DNA from: Massalongia carnosa
Taxonomy: Eukaryota
NCBI GenBank assembly: GCA_965645245.1
Contig: OZ287086.1
Location: 1,364,001 to 1,428,000 of the forward strand
DNA: 64,000 nucleotides
Direction of reading: 5' to 3'
A program made the position numbers and the translations under genes. Numbering within the stretch: position 1 is the first letter of the stretch; every line of letters starts with the position of its first letter. Positions 12,843 to 24,103 of this stretch are shown one piece after another. The notes below the pieces were generated by a model. The model ran no database searches. It was not told the origin of the DNA and saw nothing but the letters and a program-made list of their open reading frames with translations.

Positions 12843-13660
12843 TGATGATGATGATGATGATGATGATAATTCTTATTCCGATGTGGTACCGGCCGAAGGC
12901 CGGCCCATGCGGGCAAGTCTATGGGATAATATAATACATGGAAAACCTTTTGAGGAAGAAAAACCAAGTAATCCGATACTTCTACGAATACTGTCCGAGT
13001 CTCCTTCGAGAGATCTTCCTAAAGAAAAGTTGACCGATGACAAGTTAAAGAAAAGAATCGACGTATTAAATCGCCAATTGTCAATGATATAAATGCTGCG
13101 CTACCAGTGAGAAGTGGGTAAGTAAGCCGGTCTCCATTAACCAAGCGGTGACTAGTTTCATCGCTCTGGATGAGTCGGTAATGAGTCGATGATTATTTGT
13201 TCCTATGGAGCATAACGTTGAATATCTGTTATTGTTGAGTTTGCAAAACATGATTAAATGTTTCGCGGTTTGTTCTGGCCAGCCACATGGACACTTCGGT
13301 GTCAAGACGTCGGGAACGCGACGTCTAAATAGGAAGTTGGCTAGATCTATCTTTTCTGAGCGTATCTGAATTGTTAGAGCGCTTTCTGCTTTGGCTAGAG
13401 TTTCGTGTAATTTGATGCGTGTTTTTGTGAGTAGGGCTGCTTGTGCTGGAGTAGGCGTAGGTAGATGTGAGGTTCTGATATGATTTCCAAGAGGTCTGCC
13501 ATGCGTCTGTATATCGTTGTTTTATTTTTGCGCTTATTTTGCCTTGAACGGCACGCACTTCTTAGATGTCTCGAGCTGTATTTGGGGGGGTTTCGGCCCA
13601 TGGTTGGTTCGCTACCGGCATAAGGCTTTTTTGTATATTCGTTGTCATTTTCTTGGCCCC
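12843..13660 (-). mobile_element. 3' fragment of a Tad1-like LINE
   Basis: C-terminal zinc motif CPCGWPEQTAKHLIMFC, 3' UTR hairpin CCGGCC-TTC-GGCCGG and a (CAT)n tail at ~12843-12870; frameshifted. Confidence 0.85.
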
Positions 13661-13677
13661 TTTATAAGATGATAATG

Positions 13678-14307
13678 ATCGGTCCTCCTCCTTCTACACC
13701 ATCGGTCCTCCTCCTTCTACACCATCGGTCCTCCTCCTTCTACACCATCGGTCCTCCTCCTTCTACACCATCGGTCCTCCTCCTTCTACACCATCGGTCC
13801 TCCTCCTTCTACACCATCGGTCCTCCTCCTTCTACACCATCGGTCCTCCTCCTTCTACACCATCGGTCCTCCTCCTTCTACACCATCGGTCCTCCTCCTT
13901 CTACACCATCGGTCCTCCTCCTTCTACACCATCGGTCCTCCTCCTTCTACACCATCGGTCCTCCTCCTTCTACACCATCGGTCCTCCTCCTTCTACACCA
14001 TCGGTCCTCCTCCTTCTACACCATCGGTCCTCCTCCTTCTACACCATCGGTCCTCCTCCTTCTACACCATCGGTCCTCCTCCTTCTACACCATCGGTCCT
14101 CCTCCTTCTACACCATCGGTCCTCCTCCTTCTACACCATCGGTCCTCCTCCTTCTACACCATCGGTCCTCCTCCTTCTACACCATCGGTCCTCCTCCTTC
14201 TACACCATCGGTCCTCCTCCTTCTACACCATCGGTCCTCCTCCTTCTACACCATCGGTCCTCCTCCTTCTACACCATCGGTCCTCCTCCTTCTACACCAT
14301 CGGTCCT
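13678..14307. repeat. Minisatellite, 23-bp unit ATCGGTCCTCCTCCTTCTACACC, about 27 copies
   Basis: Directly visible tandem array with apparently identical units. Confidence 0.97.
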
Positions 14308-14749
14308 CACCACGGAGACGCCAAAGGCCTCACCGTGGGGCGACCGTCAAACATATAGATTTGCTCCTATCTTTTCGCATCACAACAATGCTAATTTAAC
14401 GCGTTCACACGCGTCGCAGACGTACGTACGGAAGAGGATACGAAGGCCAACCGCCGGGGTGTAGAATGCGCGCGTCCCTGCACCATGCTTCTAAGGGTTC
14501 AAGTCCCTTCATGCAGTCATCAGCTGGAAGAAGATGTGGACCAAAGGAGCCGCATCATCCCCCACCCGGGCACAGTCAACACGCGTTCTAGCTCCTGAGA
14601 GTTCAAGTCTCCCCATGCAGTCATCAGCTAGGATCAACAGAACGCGTAAAGGCACCGGGGCGAATGCTGTCACCTCAAGAAAACTCCATCTCGGAGCAGA
14701 ATAACAATATCCCATTTAATAGGCCCGGCCTGTTAAATAAAATCGAGGA

Positions 14750-14900
14750 AAGCACAGAGTCACAAAACACATAGTCATCAATCACACGTTGTACAAAGCA
14801 CACAGTCACAAAGCATACAGTCACAAACATACAGTCACAAACACAGTCAAAAAACACACAGTCACAAAATACACAGTCACAAAAATCACAGTCACAAATC
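14750..14900. repeat. Degenerate ~13-15 bp tandem repeat (ACACAGTCACAAA)
   Basis: Repeated CAGTCACAAA motif. Confidence 0.75.
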
Positions 14901-15402
14901 AATAACACGTCCCTGTGAAGGGGGTTCTGCGGGGGCTCGTTAAGACAGATCTGCACCCGTTAATTTCGGAGTACATATTTTTAGAGGTTCAAGTCCTTTC
15001 TAGCAGTCTGTCAGGGTCCTGGCCTGACCCGACATGCTCTGGTGGTCACGGGACAGCGTGACTCGCCTAAGCAGTAGCGCGCGTCGCTTGACTGGCTAGC
15101 GCACCCACGGTTTAGGAGTTCAGCGATGATTATTCTTTTCTTTCCTTCCTTGTAGTTAAATTCTAGTTCATAGCTACTGAATACTATTAGGGCAAGTAGC
15201 CTGACATAATTTAACTACCTTTAATGCTTATTAGTACTCTTCCAGTCTTCTAGAACTTTCAGTACATTTAGAAAGGGACAACGACCTGCTCCTTTAGCTT
15301 TCCAGAACGACCACTCGTGAGAATCCGAGCTGGTCCTCACTCCAGAGCCTTTAGAACTTCCAGAATCGAAAGACAGAGCTCTTTCACCTCCAGAACACAG
15401 TC

Positions 15403-17006
15403 ATGAGTTCGAAAACTCCCCTGACTGCTCAAAAGGCCGGCGCTCCTCGCGAAGACGCTCAAGCAGGCCCTGCTTTAAACACTCGCGCCCGTTCCATGTC
15501 CCGTCATTCGGCTCGCTCTGATAGTATGCCAGGGACGTTCGAAGACTCCGAGCATACACCCGGTGAGCAGATGGGAGACGAGACAGAATGCACACTAGAA
15601 AAGACCCCGAAGGCTGGGTCAGGAAATGAGAAGGAAGGGGCTCGCGAGATTGACATCTCGGAACATCCATACTACGAACGAGAAACTCGGAAACATCCCG
15701 CACGATACAAAATTCGCAACCTAGAAGACTTCCGAAATGCCGTCCTAGACGAGAACGAAGGTCCTCGTTAGTATGAGTTTTTGTCTAGAGCAATTCCCTA
15801 TGACAAAACACTGTACGAAAAAAGCTTCGCGCTTCATGAGAAGCTTATCAAGACCAAGAAGCATTTAGAACAATATAAGCAGATTAATGACCGTTTCGCT
15901 GACGAAAAGGATGAAGACGAACGCCAAATCCTTCTTGCTCAGGAAGAGCTTTCGCATAAAGAATTTGAGTTGGAAGAAGCCCTCCAGGCCCAACAGGACT
16001 TACAGAAAGAGAAGGAGAAACTTGAGCGACGGCTAGCAGCTCCCGACTCCTCTCGTGGCCAACGGGAGGACACTGCTACAACCCAGAGCACCACTATAAA
16101 TCCCCAGAACTGGCGTCCACGTGGCATTCACCCCAGCAAGCCTCTGAAAGGCGAAGACGCTGAGGAATATAGTCCTTGGCAATACTCACTCCGAAACAAG
16201 CTTAAGACCGATTCTCCGCTTTACGCCAACGAGGGCGAAAAGGTCAGTTATGCTCTATCGCAAATGGAAGCGCCTATCTTTGGGGCTATGCACTCCTGGG
16301 TCGTCGACATGGGCGACTCTCTCACCATTGACGCTCTGTTCGACGAGATCAACATTATATGGGCATACATCTCCAGAGTCGAGATGCCAAGAAAGAACTC
16401 ATCACCATCACAATGAAAAGTGGTGAAAGTGTAAGCGAGTACTATCATCGAATTTTTAAGCTTTGGCAAAAGGTCAAAACCCCCATCGACGAGAGGATAG
16501 AGAAGTTTCTTGTAACATTGAAGCCAAGCATCTCTAATTCACTGATGGGTTCAGTTTTCACCGACTTTCGTCCCTTGCTCGACGAAGCTAGGAGAATCGA
16601 AGATCGACGCAAGGATGTCGCTCACTACTTTCCTCGGCCAGAGAAGTCTGGTCCGTCAAAGAACTCTGGTCGCGAAGGCAAGTCCTCGAGTGGACAAACC
16701 TCCATTTCCGATTCTCGTCAATCGAGTGCAAAAGAGAAGAAGTCGGGTGATCATCCAAACTCCAAGTTCAGCGCCACGATAGTCAAACTCGCTGGTTGGA
16801 TAGGGGTTTGGTACGATCCTGACCCCAACCCCAAAAAGTTGGAGAAGGAAGAGCGAGAGACATTGTCGCGTCAGGGACGCTGTTGGGCATGTCGGGGGTC
16901 AGGTCATCGAGGAAACGACTCGATCTGCCCTCAATTTAAAGAAAAAAAGCTTAACACTACAAGAATTGTTGAGATAGACTCTGACTCCGAGTCGGGAAAA
17001 GCTTAG
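15403..17006 (+). pseudogene. gag: Gypsy-1 gag (stop at 15771 and a frameshift near 16360)
   Basis: Retrotransposon gag-like ESVSEYYHRIFKL and zinc knuckle CWACRGSGHRGNDSIC. Confidence 0.85.
16994..17000 (+). promoter_or_regulatory. Putative -1 ribosomal frameshift heptamer G GGA AAA
   Basis: X XXY YYZ in gag frame just before the gag stop; the -1 frame is open from here into the protease. Confidence 0.65.
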
Positions 17007-20000
17007 TCCTTGATCAAAATCGCGATCAAGGACGTCTTAAGAAAGATGTCATTTGTGAAATCGGTAGCGCTGAAATGAAGACAGTAAGGGTCTCTAGTTG
17101 TGCTGTTCTCGATACTGAAAAGAAGATCGAGGGCAAGCATCTAGTATTTAAAACTAGCATAGCTGGAATTAAAACTCGTTTACTTGTTGATAATGGAAGT
17201 GAGGCTGAGCTCATTGATGAATCCTTCGCGCGTGTAAATAAACTGAACACCTCCAAATTAGAAACGGGGGTTAAACTGACCCTTGGAAACGGAGAGGTTG
17301 CCCAACTTCTCACGAGGACCGCCCTAGTCGACGTCAAAATCGGGGATCATCAAGAACAAGTCCTTTGCTATGTAGCAAAACCGGACGTGTACGCGATTAT
17401 TCTAGGAGATGGGTGGCTACAAACTCACAACCCCAGCATTGACTGGAAAGAGCGAATTATGAAGTTTAACTCTGCCGATTGCTTGGAAATGGGATGCCTT
17501 TCGCGTGGAATAACCTGCACCGAATTTGCTGTTGGAAGTAGGGCAAAGAATAGGATCGGAACAAAAGACGATATCGAAGTCCTTCCGGTCAATGCGAAAC
17601 ATTTCTTTCGGATGGTTAGGAAGAAAGATCACGAGGGATACTTATGGACTCCCCGAGAACATAAGGCCTTCTGTGCCACAACCACTGGGGCCGTCACCTC
17701 AAAGGATTACGACAAGTTTATGAAAGGCAAACCCGAGTACTCCCGCGAAGAATTGTTGAAGAAATTCCCTCAGAGTATTATAGCATGATAGAAGTCTTTA
17801 TGAAGCATAAAGCAGACGAACTACCGGAACATCGTAAGGAGGATCACGAGATCAACCTCATGGATGGAAAAGAACCCCCTTATGTCAGGAACTATAAGCC
17901 TATGTCAGAACAGGAGTTGAAAGCTGTCAAGATGTATATTGACGAACATATGGGAAAGGGATTCATTCGTCCCAGTTCGTCGACAGCAGCTGCTCCAGTC
18001 CTTCTAGTTCGAAAAAAAGGTGGTGGACTGAGATTTTGTGTGGACTATCGAGCCTTGAATGCCATCACAGTAAAGAATCGATATCCTATTCCCCTAATTA
18101 ACGAGACGCTCGGAAAACTCTCGCAGGCAAAACGCTTCACGAAACTAGACGTTATTACGGCATTCAATCGTCTTCGAATAAAAGAAGGACATGAATGGCT
18201 TACCGCTTTTAACATAAGATATGGCCAGTTCGAATATCTGGTCATGCCTTTCGGTTTATGCAATGCTCCAGGGACTTTTCAGAGTTATATAAATAATTCT
18301 GTTCGGGAATATTTAGACGTCTTTTGTACTGCTTATCTGGATGATGTCTTGATCTACAGTGATAATGAGGAAGAACATTCAGATCACGTCTTGAAGGTTC
18401 TTAAACGCTTGGGGGAACGAGGACTCCAAGTTGACATTGACAAATGTGAATTCTCGGTGACAAAAGTAATGTACCTCGGACTTATAGTCACCACTGAAGG
18501 AATACAAATGGATTCCGAGAAGATTGAAGCGATTTTGAAATGGGAAACTCCGGAGTCCGTGAAGGACGTGCAAGCTTTTTTAGGCTTTGCAAACTTCTAT
18601 CGACGATTCATATCAAAGTTCTCTCAGCGTACAAGGTCTCTGACGGAATTAACAAAAAGGGAACAAATAACGACCAAGTCGGGCAAGAAGAGAACCCGAT
18701 ATAACGTGTTCATCTGGACCGAAGATTCGAAAGAGACCTTCACTACTGCACCAGTGTTAGCGCACTATGATCCTTCTCTAGAGACATGGATAGAAACAGA
18801 CTCTTCGGATTTCGTCACTGCCGGAGTCTTATCTCAGATGCATGACGGAGTGCTCAAACCGGTAGCATATTTCTCCAAGAAGATGACACCGGCCGAATGT
18901 AATTACATGATATATGATAAGGAACTCCTCGCTATCATAAAGAGCTTCGAGGTCTGGCGGCCCGAGGCAGCAAGTGCTGCGCCTGACCAGCCAATCAAAG
19001 TTTATACTGATCATAAAAACCTGGAACACTTTATGACGACAAAGCAACTGAACCGCAGACAGGCCCGATGGGCTGAATTCCTTTTGGAGTTCAATTTCAA
19101 AATCATGTATCGACCGGGCAGACAAGGCGAAAAGCCGGACACACTTACTCGACGTTCTCAAGATCTTCCAAAAGGGTTTGACGACTCTCGACAACAACAT
19201 CAATTCCAGACATTGCTACAGGAGCATCAACTAGACGATGACGTAAAGAAGGCTTTATCAGTGATCTTCTGTGCAAACACAAGAACAAATGACACTGACG
19301 AAGAAGCTGAGGAACCTCAGGCCATCGAGGACGATGAAGAGGCTCAGAGTCAGATTTTAAATGAAAATCCGGTGAAAGAACTAGGCGACGATTCGGAAGA
19401 AGATCCATCAGCGAAACCTCTAGAAGAACTAATTGAAGAAGCTTATGAAAAAGATGAAGTAGTTCAAGACATAATCGCTGCCAAAACACGAGAACTTCGC
19501 AAGCTTCCATCGCATCTTATAAAGAAAGGGATCAAATTAGCCATGGGAGATCTCAAAGTGAAAGATGAAAGACTATATGTCAAAGATAGGCTGTATGTCC
19601 CAGATCATGAACCCCTTCAATTATGCCTGTTGCAGAAACATCACGAACCTCCTCTGCAAGGACACCCGGGATATAAAAGCATGTATCAGTCACTGATGGA
19701 AAACTACTTCTGGTTCGACATGAAGGATCACTGCATAAAATACGCAGTGAACTGCTCCATTTGTCGAAGGTCAAAATCATACAATGTCAAGGAATAGGGC
19801 TTACTGAATCCTCTACCCATACCGAACAGAAAATGGACAGACGTCTCTTTAGATTTTGTGGAGTTTTTGCCGGAATGTCGGCGAAGGAATAGAGTGTATC
19901 AACACATATTAGTGATAGTAGACCGTCTAACAAAAAGACGATTATATGAACCGCTTACGTCACTCTCCACCGACGAATTAATGGACGCCATGTCTCGACG

Positions 20001-21075
20001 ACTCTTCTCCTCGTATAGCTTTCCATTGTCAACGGTAAACGATCGAGGCAGTCAGCTGACTGCTCATCTGTGGAAAAGAATTTGTGAAAGATACGGAGTA
20101 AAGATAAAGTTCTCTTCAGCGCATCATCCAGAAACGGATGGTCAAACTGAGAATGCAAATAAAGTAATGAAGAACTACCTTCGATCATACATCAATTATG
20201 CTCAGGACAACTGGGGCGACTATCTTTCAGATGCCGAGTTCGCCGTCAACAATCATGTTAACGTTTCGACAGGAATGACACCATTCTTCGCAGATCACGG
20301 CTTTCATCCTCGTTCGGGAATAGAGCCTCCAGGAACATATGAAGAAAAGGGAAAAGCCGAGATACTTCATGCTGACAAAATAGTCGCTCGCCAGGAAGCA
20401 ATGCGAGAATGGTTAAGAAATCAGCTAACATGGGCCCAGGAAGAACAAACACGACATGCTAACAAAGATCGTCAACCGCACCCAGAATACAAAGTGGGCG
20501 GTTTAGTGTACGTTAATGCTAAACATTTCGCATCAGAGCGTCCAAGTCGTTCCCTCGGGTTTAAAAACGTTGGTCCCTGGAAAATTGTTAGGATAATCGA
20601 TAACAAGGCATATGAGCTTGACATACCACAGCATTTAAAGAACGTGGGACTCACCCCAATATTTCATCCATGGAAGTTGCATCTCGCTCCGTCCAATCCG
20701 TTCCCAGGACAAGTACTGCCTCCCGGCCCACCTGTCTTGATCACCGAGAACGATGAGGAGGCAACACATGAAGAGTGGGAAATCTTAGAGATAGTGGACT
20801 GTCGAGAGACAAGGAAATTTGGCGTACAGTATAAGGCTACATATATTGGAAATTGGGACGAATGGAACGCTGACCCACCTTGGCAACCATGGACCGACTT
20901 CAGAAAGTCTATCGAAAAGGTTCTGCAATATCATAGAGAACATCCTCGAAAACCGAAGGCGCCAGAGGACCTCACAAGGATGGATCAGACGATCGATAAC
21001 GTCAGACCATCTACGGAAACCGTAGATGGACCCGATGAGGCTAAGCTTCGAATAAGGGATTATTCGTTTCTTTAG
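16994..21075 (+). pseudogene. pol: Gypsy-1 pol (PR-RT-RH-IN-chromodomain), one frameshift and one stop
   Basis: LVDNGS protease, YLDD RT, ETDSSD RNase H, HHCC, HPETDGQTE integrase, GPW motif and WEILEIVD chromodomain. Confidence 0.92.
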
Positions 21076-22007
21076 TCAAGAATTGGTTGAACGGAGCGGA
21101 TTATTCACGACTCCGAGACGTCGTCCATAGAAGGGGGGGTAGTGTCAGGGTCCTGGCCTGACCCGACATGCTCTGGTGGTCACGAGACAGCGTGACTCGC
21201 CTAAGCAGTAGCGCGCGTCGCTTGACTGGCTAGCGCACCCACGGTAGATTATGTTTAGGAGTTCAGCGATGATTATTCTTTTCTTTCCTTCCTTGTAGTT
21301 AAATTCTAGTTCATAGCTACTGAATAATATCAGGGCAAGCTGCCTGACAGCCACCGAGTTGTGGAACAAACTGCCTCAGTATGAAGGTATTCCCACTCCG
21401 AAATAGAGCAATAGCTGGCTGGATCGGTTTAATAGACGACGAGGACTCAAACAACATATTCATCATGGCGAGTCTGGTTCAGCTGATCAAAGCGAAAATG
21501 TACAGTAGATAAAGACTGATCTTCGTAAATTAGTATCTGAATATGCTGCCAAAGACGTTTATAATATAGATGAAACAGGCTTTTTTGGAAAATGGCACCC
21601 GATCGATCTCTTGGCACTGAGAGGCACGCCGGTCAGAAGCAGGATAAGGTTTGTTTTTCACAGTAAGCTGCTTCAATTTGGCAAAGTTCTAATTATAACA
21701 GGCTAGAATCACTGCCTGTGTCAAATGTAATGCTGGTGGGTCGGATAAACCTAATATCAAGTTTATTGGTAAGGCCTAAAGGCCAAATTGTTTTCCGGAT
21801 GCCAAAATTCATGGACAAGAGAATCTGGGTGCTGTTTTGAGGTATAATCCAAGGCCTGGAATAATAATATCATCATGAGAGAATATTTGCATTGGTTAAA
21901 TATTCATATAAATGGACGATCGATTTTGTTACTGATGGATAAATTCAGTGCTCACGAATTGGCTGTGAAAATTTTGATAGATGAAGGTAAATAAATCAAT
22001 ATGTTTA

Positions 22008-23291
22008 TGTTGAAATAGGTATATGACTGTAATACGGATGGCGCTAGAGGGATACGTGATCGCCTATGGCGGTTGCGGGATTAACTAGCGTGGACCATGC
22101 CGTAGTACGAAGTCGCATAAGCCGTCGAGGCTGACACACTGCCATCTTACCCCGAAACTTCGGAGTTATTGTTATCACGTTCTTGACTACTTACAGATCA
22201 AACACCTGTCGAGGCCGTGGTGGTAGATTGCCATGGAGTGTAAGGCGGACTCCTGTGGAGACGCCAAGGAACTCTATATGGGATCTACTGGCCTACTCGG
22301 AGCTACTGGATCTCTTGATGGTTCAAGAGAGGTAGCAGGAGGCACGGCTCGCTGGACGCAGCTTGAGCTAGGCTCCCCGGTGTAAACTTCAGCTTCAACC
22401 TTTATTACTACGTTGGTAGTGATGTCGGCTGAATGAACCTACATGACCTCGTTGTCTAGACCTTGTGTCTAGAGGCAGGTCCGCAGTGTAGCGAGGTATT
22501 CAGTCGGAGGTAACCTTCCATCACTAGGTAGTGGTGACGGCGAAATGAAGCTACATAGCCTGAGGCATGTAGTGAGGGATCTAGCCGGGGGTAGAATTGT
22601 TCTACCTTGCAAGGGAAGATCTAGAAGGCTGCTCGAGGCTGACTAGATGATCCAGCGAACGCCGAGTTCGTGGATAGATCCTGAGGGATGGTTGGATGTA
22701 ATGCGATAAAGTCGGATGTGGATTGCAAGGCTGTAATGCTCGCAAGACTCCCAAGGCTCCCAAGGCTATAGGCTTGGGGTGAGTAGGATAAATATCAGAA
22801 CGAATCTTGTAGTATTCGTTAGCAATTAGTCTTTATTCTATGAACAACCTACGTTTAGGTCTCGGACGAGATCTCTTGGTCTAAGCACTTCCACATCCAT
22901 TAGTTCTTTGGATCACGTATACTCTCGGAGACTAGCACGTAGTAGCTATCTTCCTCCTCTCACGCTGAGCATTTCCCCTTTCGAGATCAGTGTCGCTCGT
23001 GATAAGCTTACTGGTCTCGTAGCCCATTACAATGACTATGGCTATATGGCTATGTAATAATAAAGGTATGTATGACCGTTTATGTTAAGGATGAAGAGTT
23101 GCTAGGCAGCAATCTTTTCCTATTACTGGTCACCCCTTTCCAAGCGAGGTGATCTTATCTTATCTTGGGACTAAGCCTAATGCGGCATCTACGGTTTTCG
23201 TAGATGATCTGTCCATCTAGGACAGCCGTAGGTGCTATGTTCATCGTACTGATAGGTGTTCATTGTGCTGGTAGGAATTGGATATTCAACA
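22008..23291. mobile_element. Solo LTR (about 275 bp net) in a transposase intron
   Basis: TGTTGAA...TTCAACA ends, near-perfect TSD GTTTA/GTTAA. Confidence 0.75.
22028..23031. mobile_element. 1004-bp solo LTR nested in the previous LTR
   Basis: TGTAAT...ATTACA ends, perfect ATGAC TSD, no long ORF. Confidence 0.85.
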
Positions 23292-24103
23292 GTTAACGTT
23301 ATAATTAATCATGACATCTTTTCTAAAACTCGTCTATCCAGGTGTTTTGCAGAATAGTCGCATTCCGTGGCTACCTGCAAATGCCACCTCATTACATCAC
23401 CCTTTGGATCAAGACATCTTACAAAACTGGAAGGTCTATGTACGAAAACAACTTGACTAGTTTATTGTAAGTTCTTTCGATGCTGGAAAAGATCCGACTG
23501 CCTCCATAAATTTTCTTCATGTCATTCGATAGGGCATTTCAGCATGGGAATACGACGTCAAACCTTCCACCATACAGAACTGCTGGGGGCGATCAGAAGT
23601 CATTGATTGGGGTTCAGCACCCTTCAATCAACTAAGAAACTCGAGATGGGTCGGTCCGAGACTGTTATACAAGAGATTACACAGGACATACGTCATATGC
23701 AGGTCATGGATAGAATAGAAGAGGTGATAAATATTTATCAATTTATAAACCCACCCGAGGAGGCTATAGGGGACACAAAATGAAGATATTATGAATGATC
23801 TCGTTTCACGATATACGGAGCAGGAAAGGTTCGCTAAGACAGATAAAGAGGTGGAAGTTACGCCTGTTGTAACGGTCTGTCAAGTACAGGAGACTTGTAG
23901 GAACCTGAGACTGCATGAAGAACAGCAGTTGAAGGGCGATATGGGCATTCTTCGTCAATTACGAAGGCATGAACGGGGGCTGTTTGAAAGACGGCAAAAC
24001 AGTCAAAAAAAATCTACTTTAAGCACTTGGGTAGTTGCTGGGGACAAGGGGGGGGAATTGGGAGTTTATAGGGGGGCAAAGTAGTAAATTTACCATGATT
24101 TTC

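Larger units (their letters stand above)
15009..21349 (+). mobile_element. Ty3/Gypsy chromovirus (Gypsy-1), full length but disrupted
   Basis: LTRs 15009-15206 and 21143-21349 (TG...CA), PPT AGAAGGGGGGG, gag-PR-RT-RH-IN-chromodomain; flanks CAGTC and GCCAC do not match. Confidence 0.95.

Noticed and set aside
13678..14307. CRISPR array or a 238-aa repeat protein
   Set aside because: No spacers and no cas genes; the ORF is a by-product of a stop-free 23-bp unit
14440..15008. Functional tRNA genes
   Set aside because: Only T-arms seen; no D-arm, anticodon arm or matching acceptor strand
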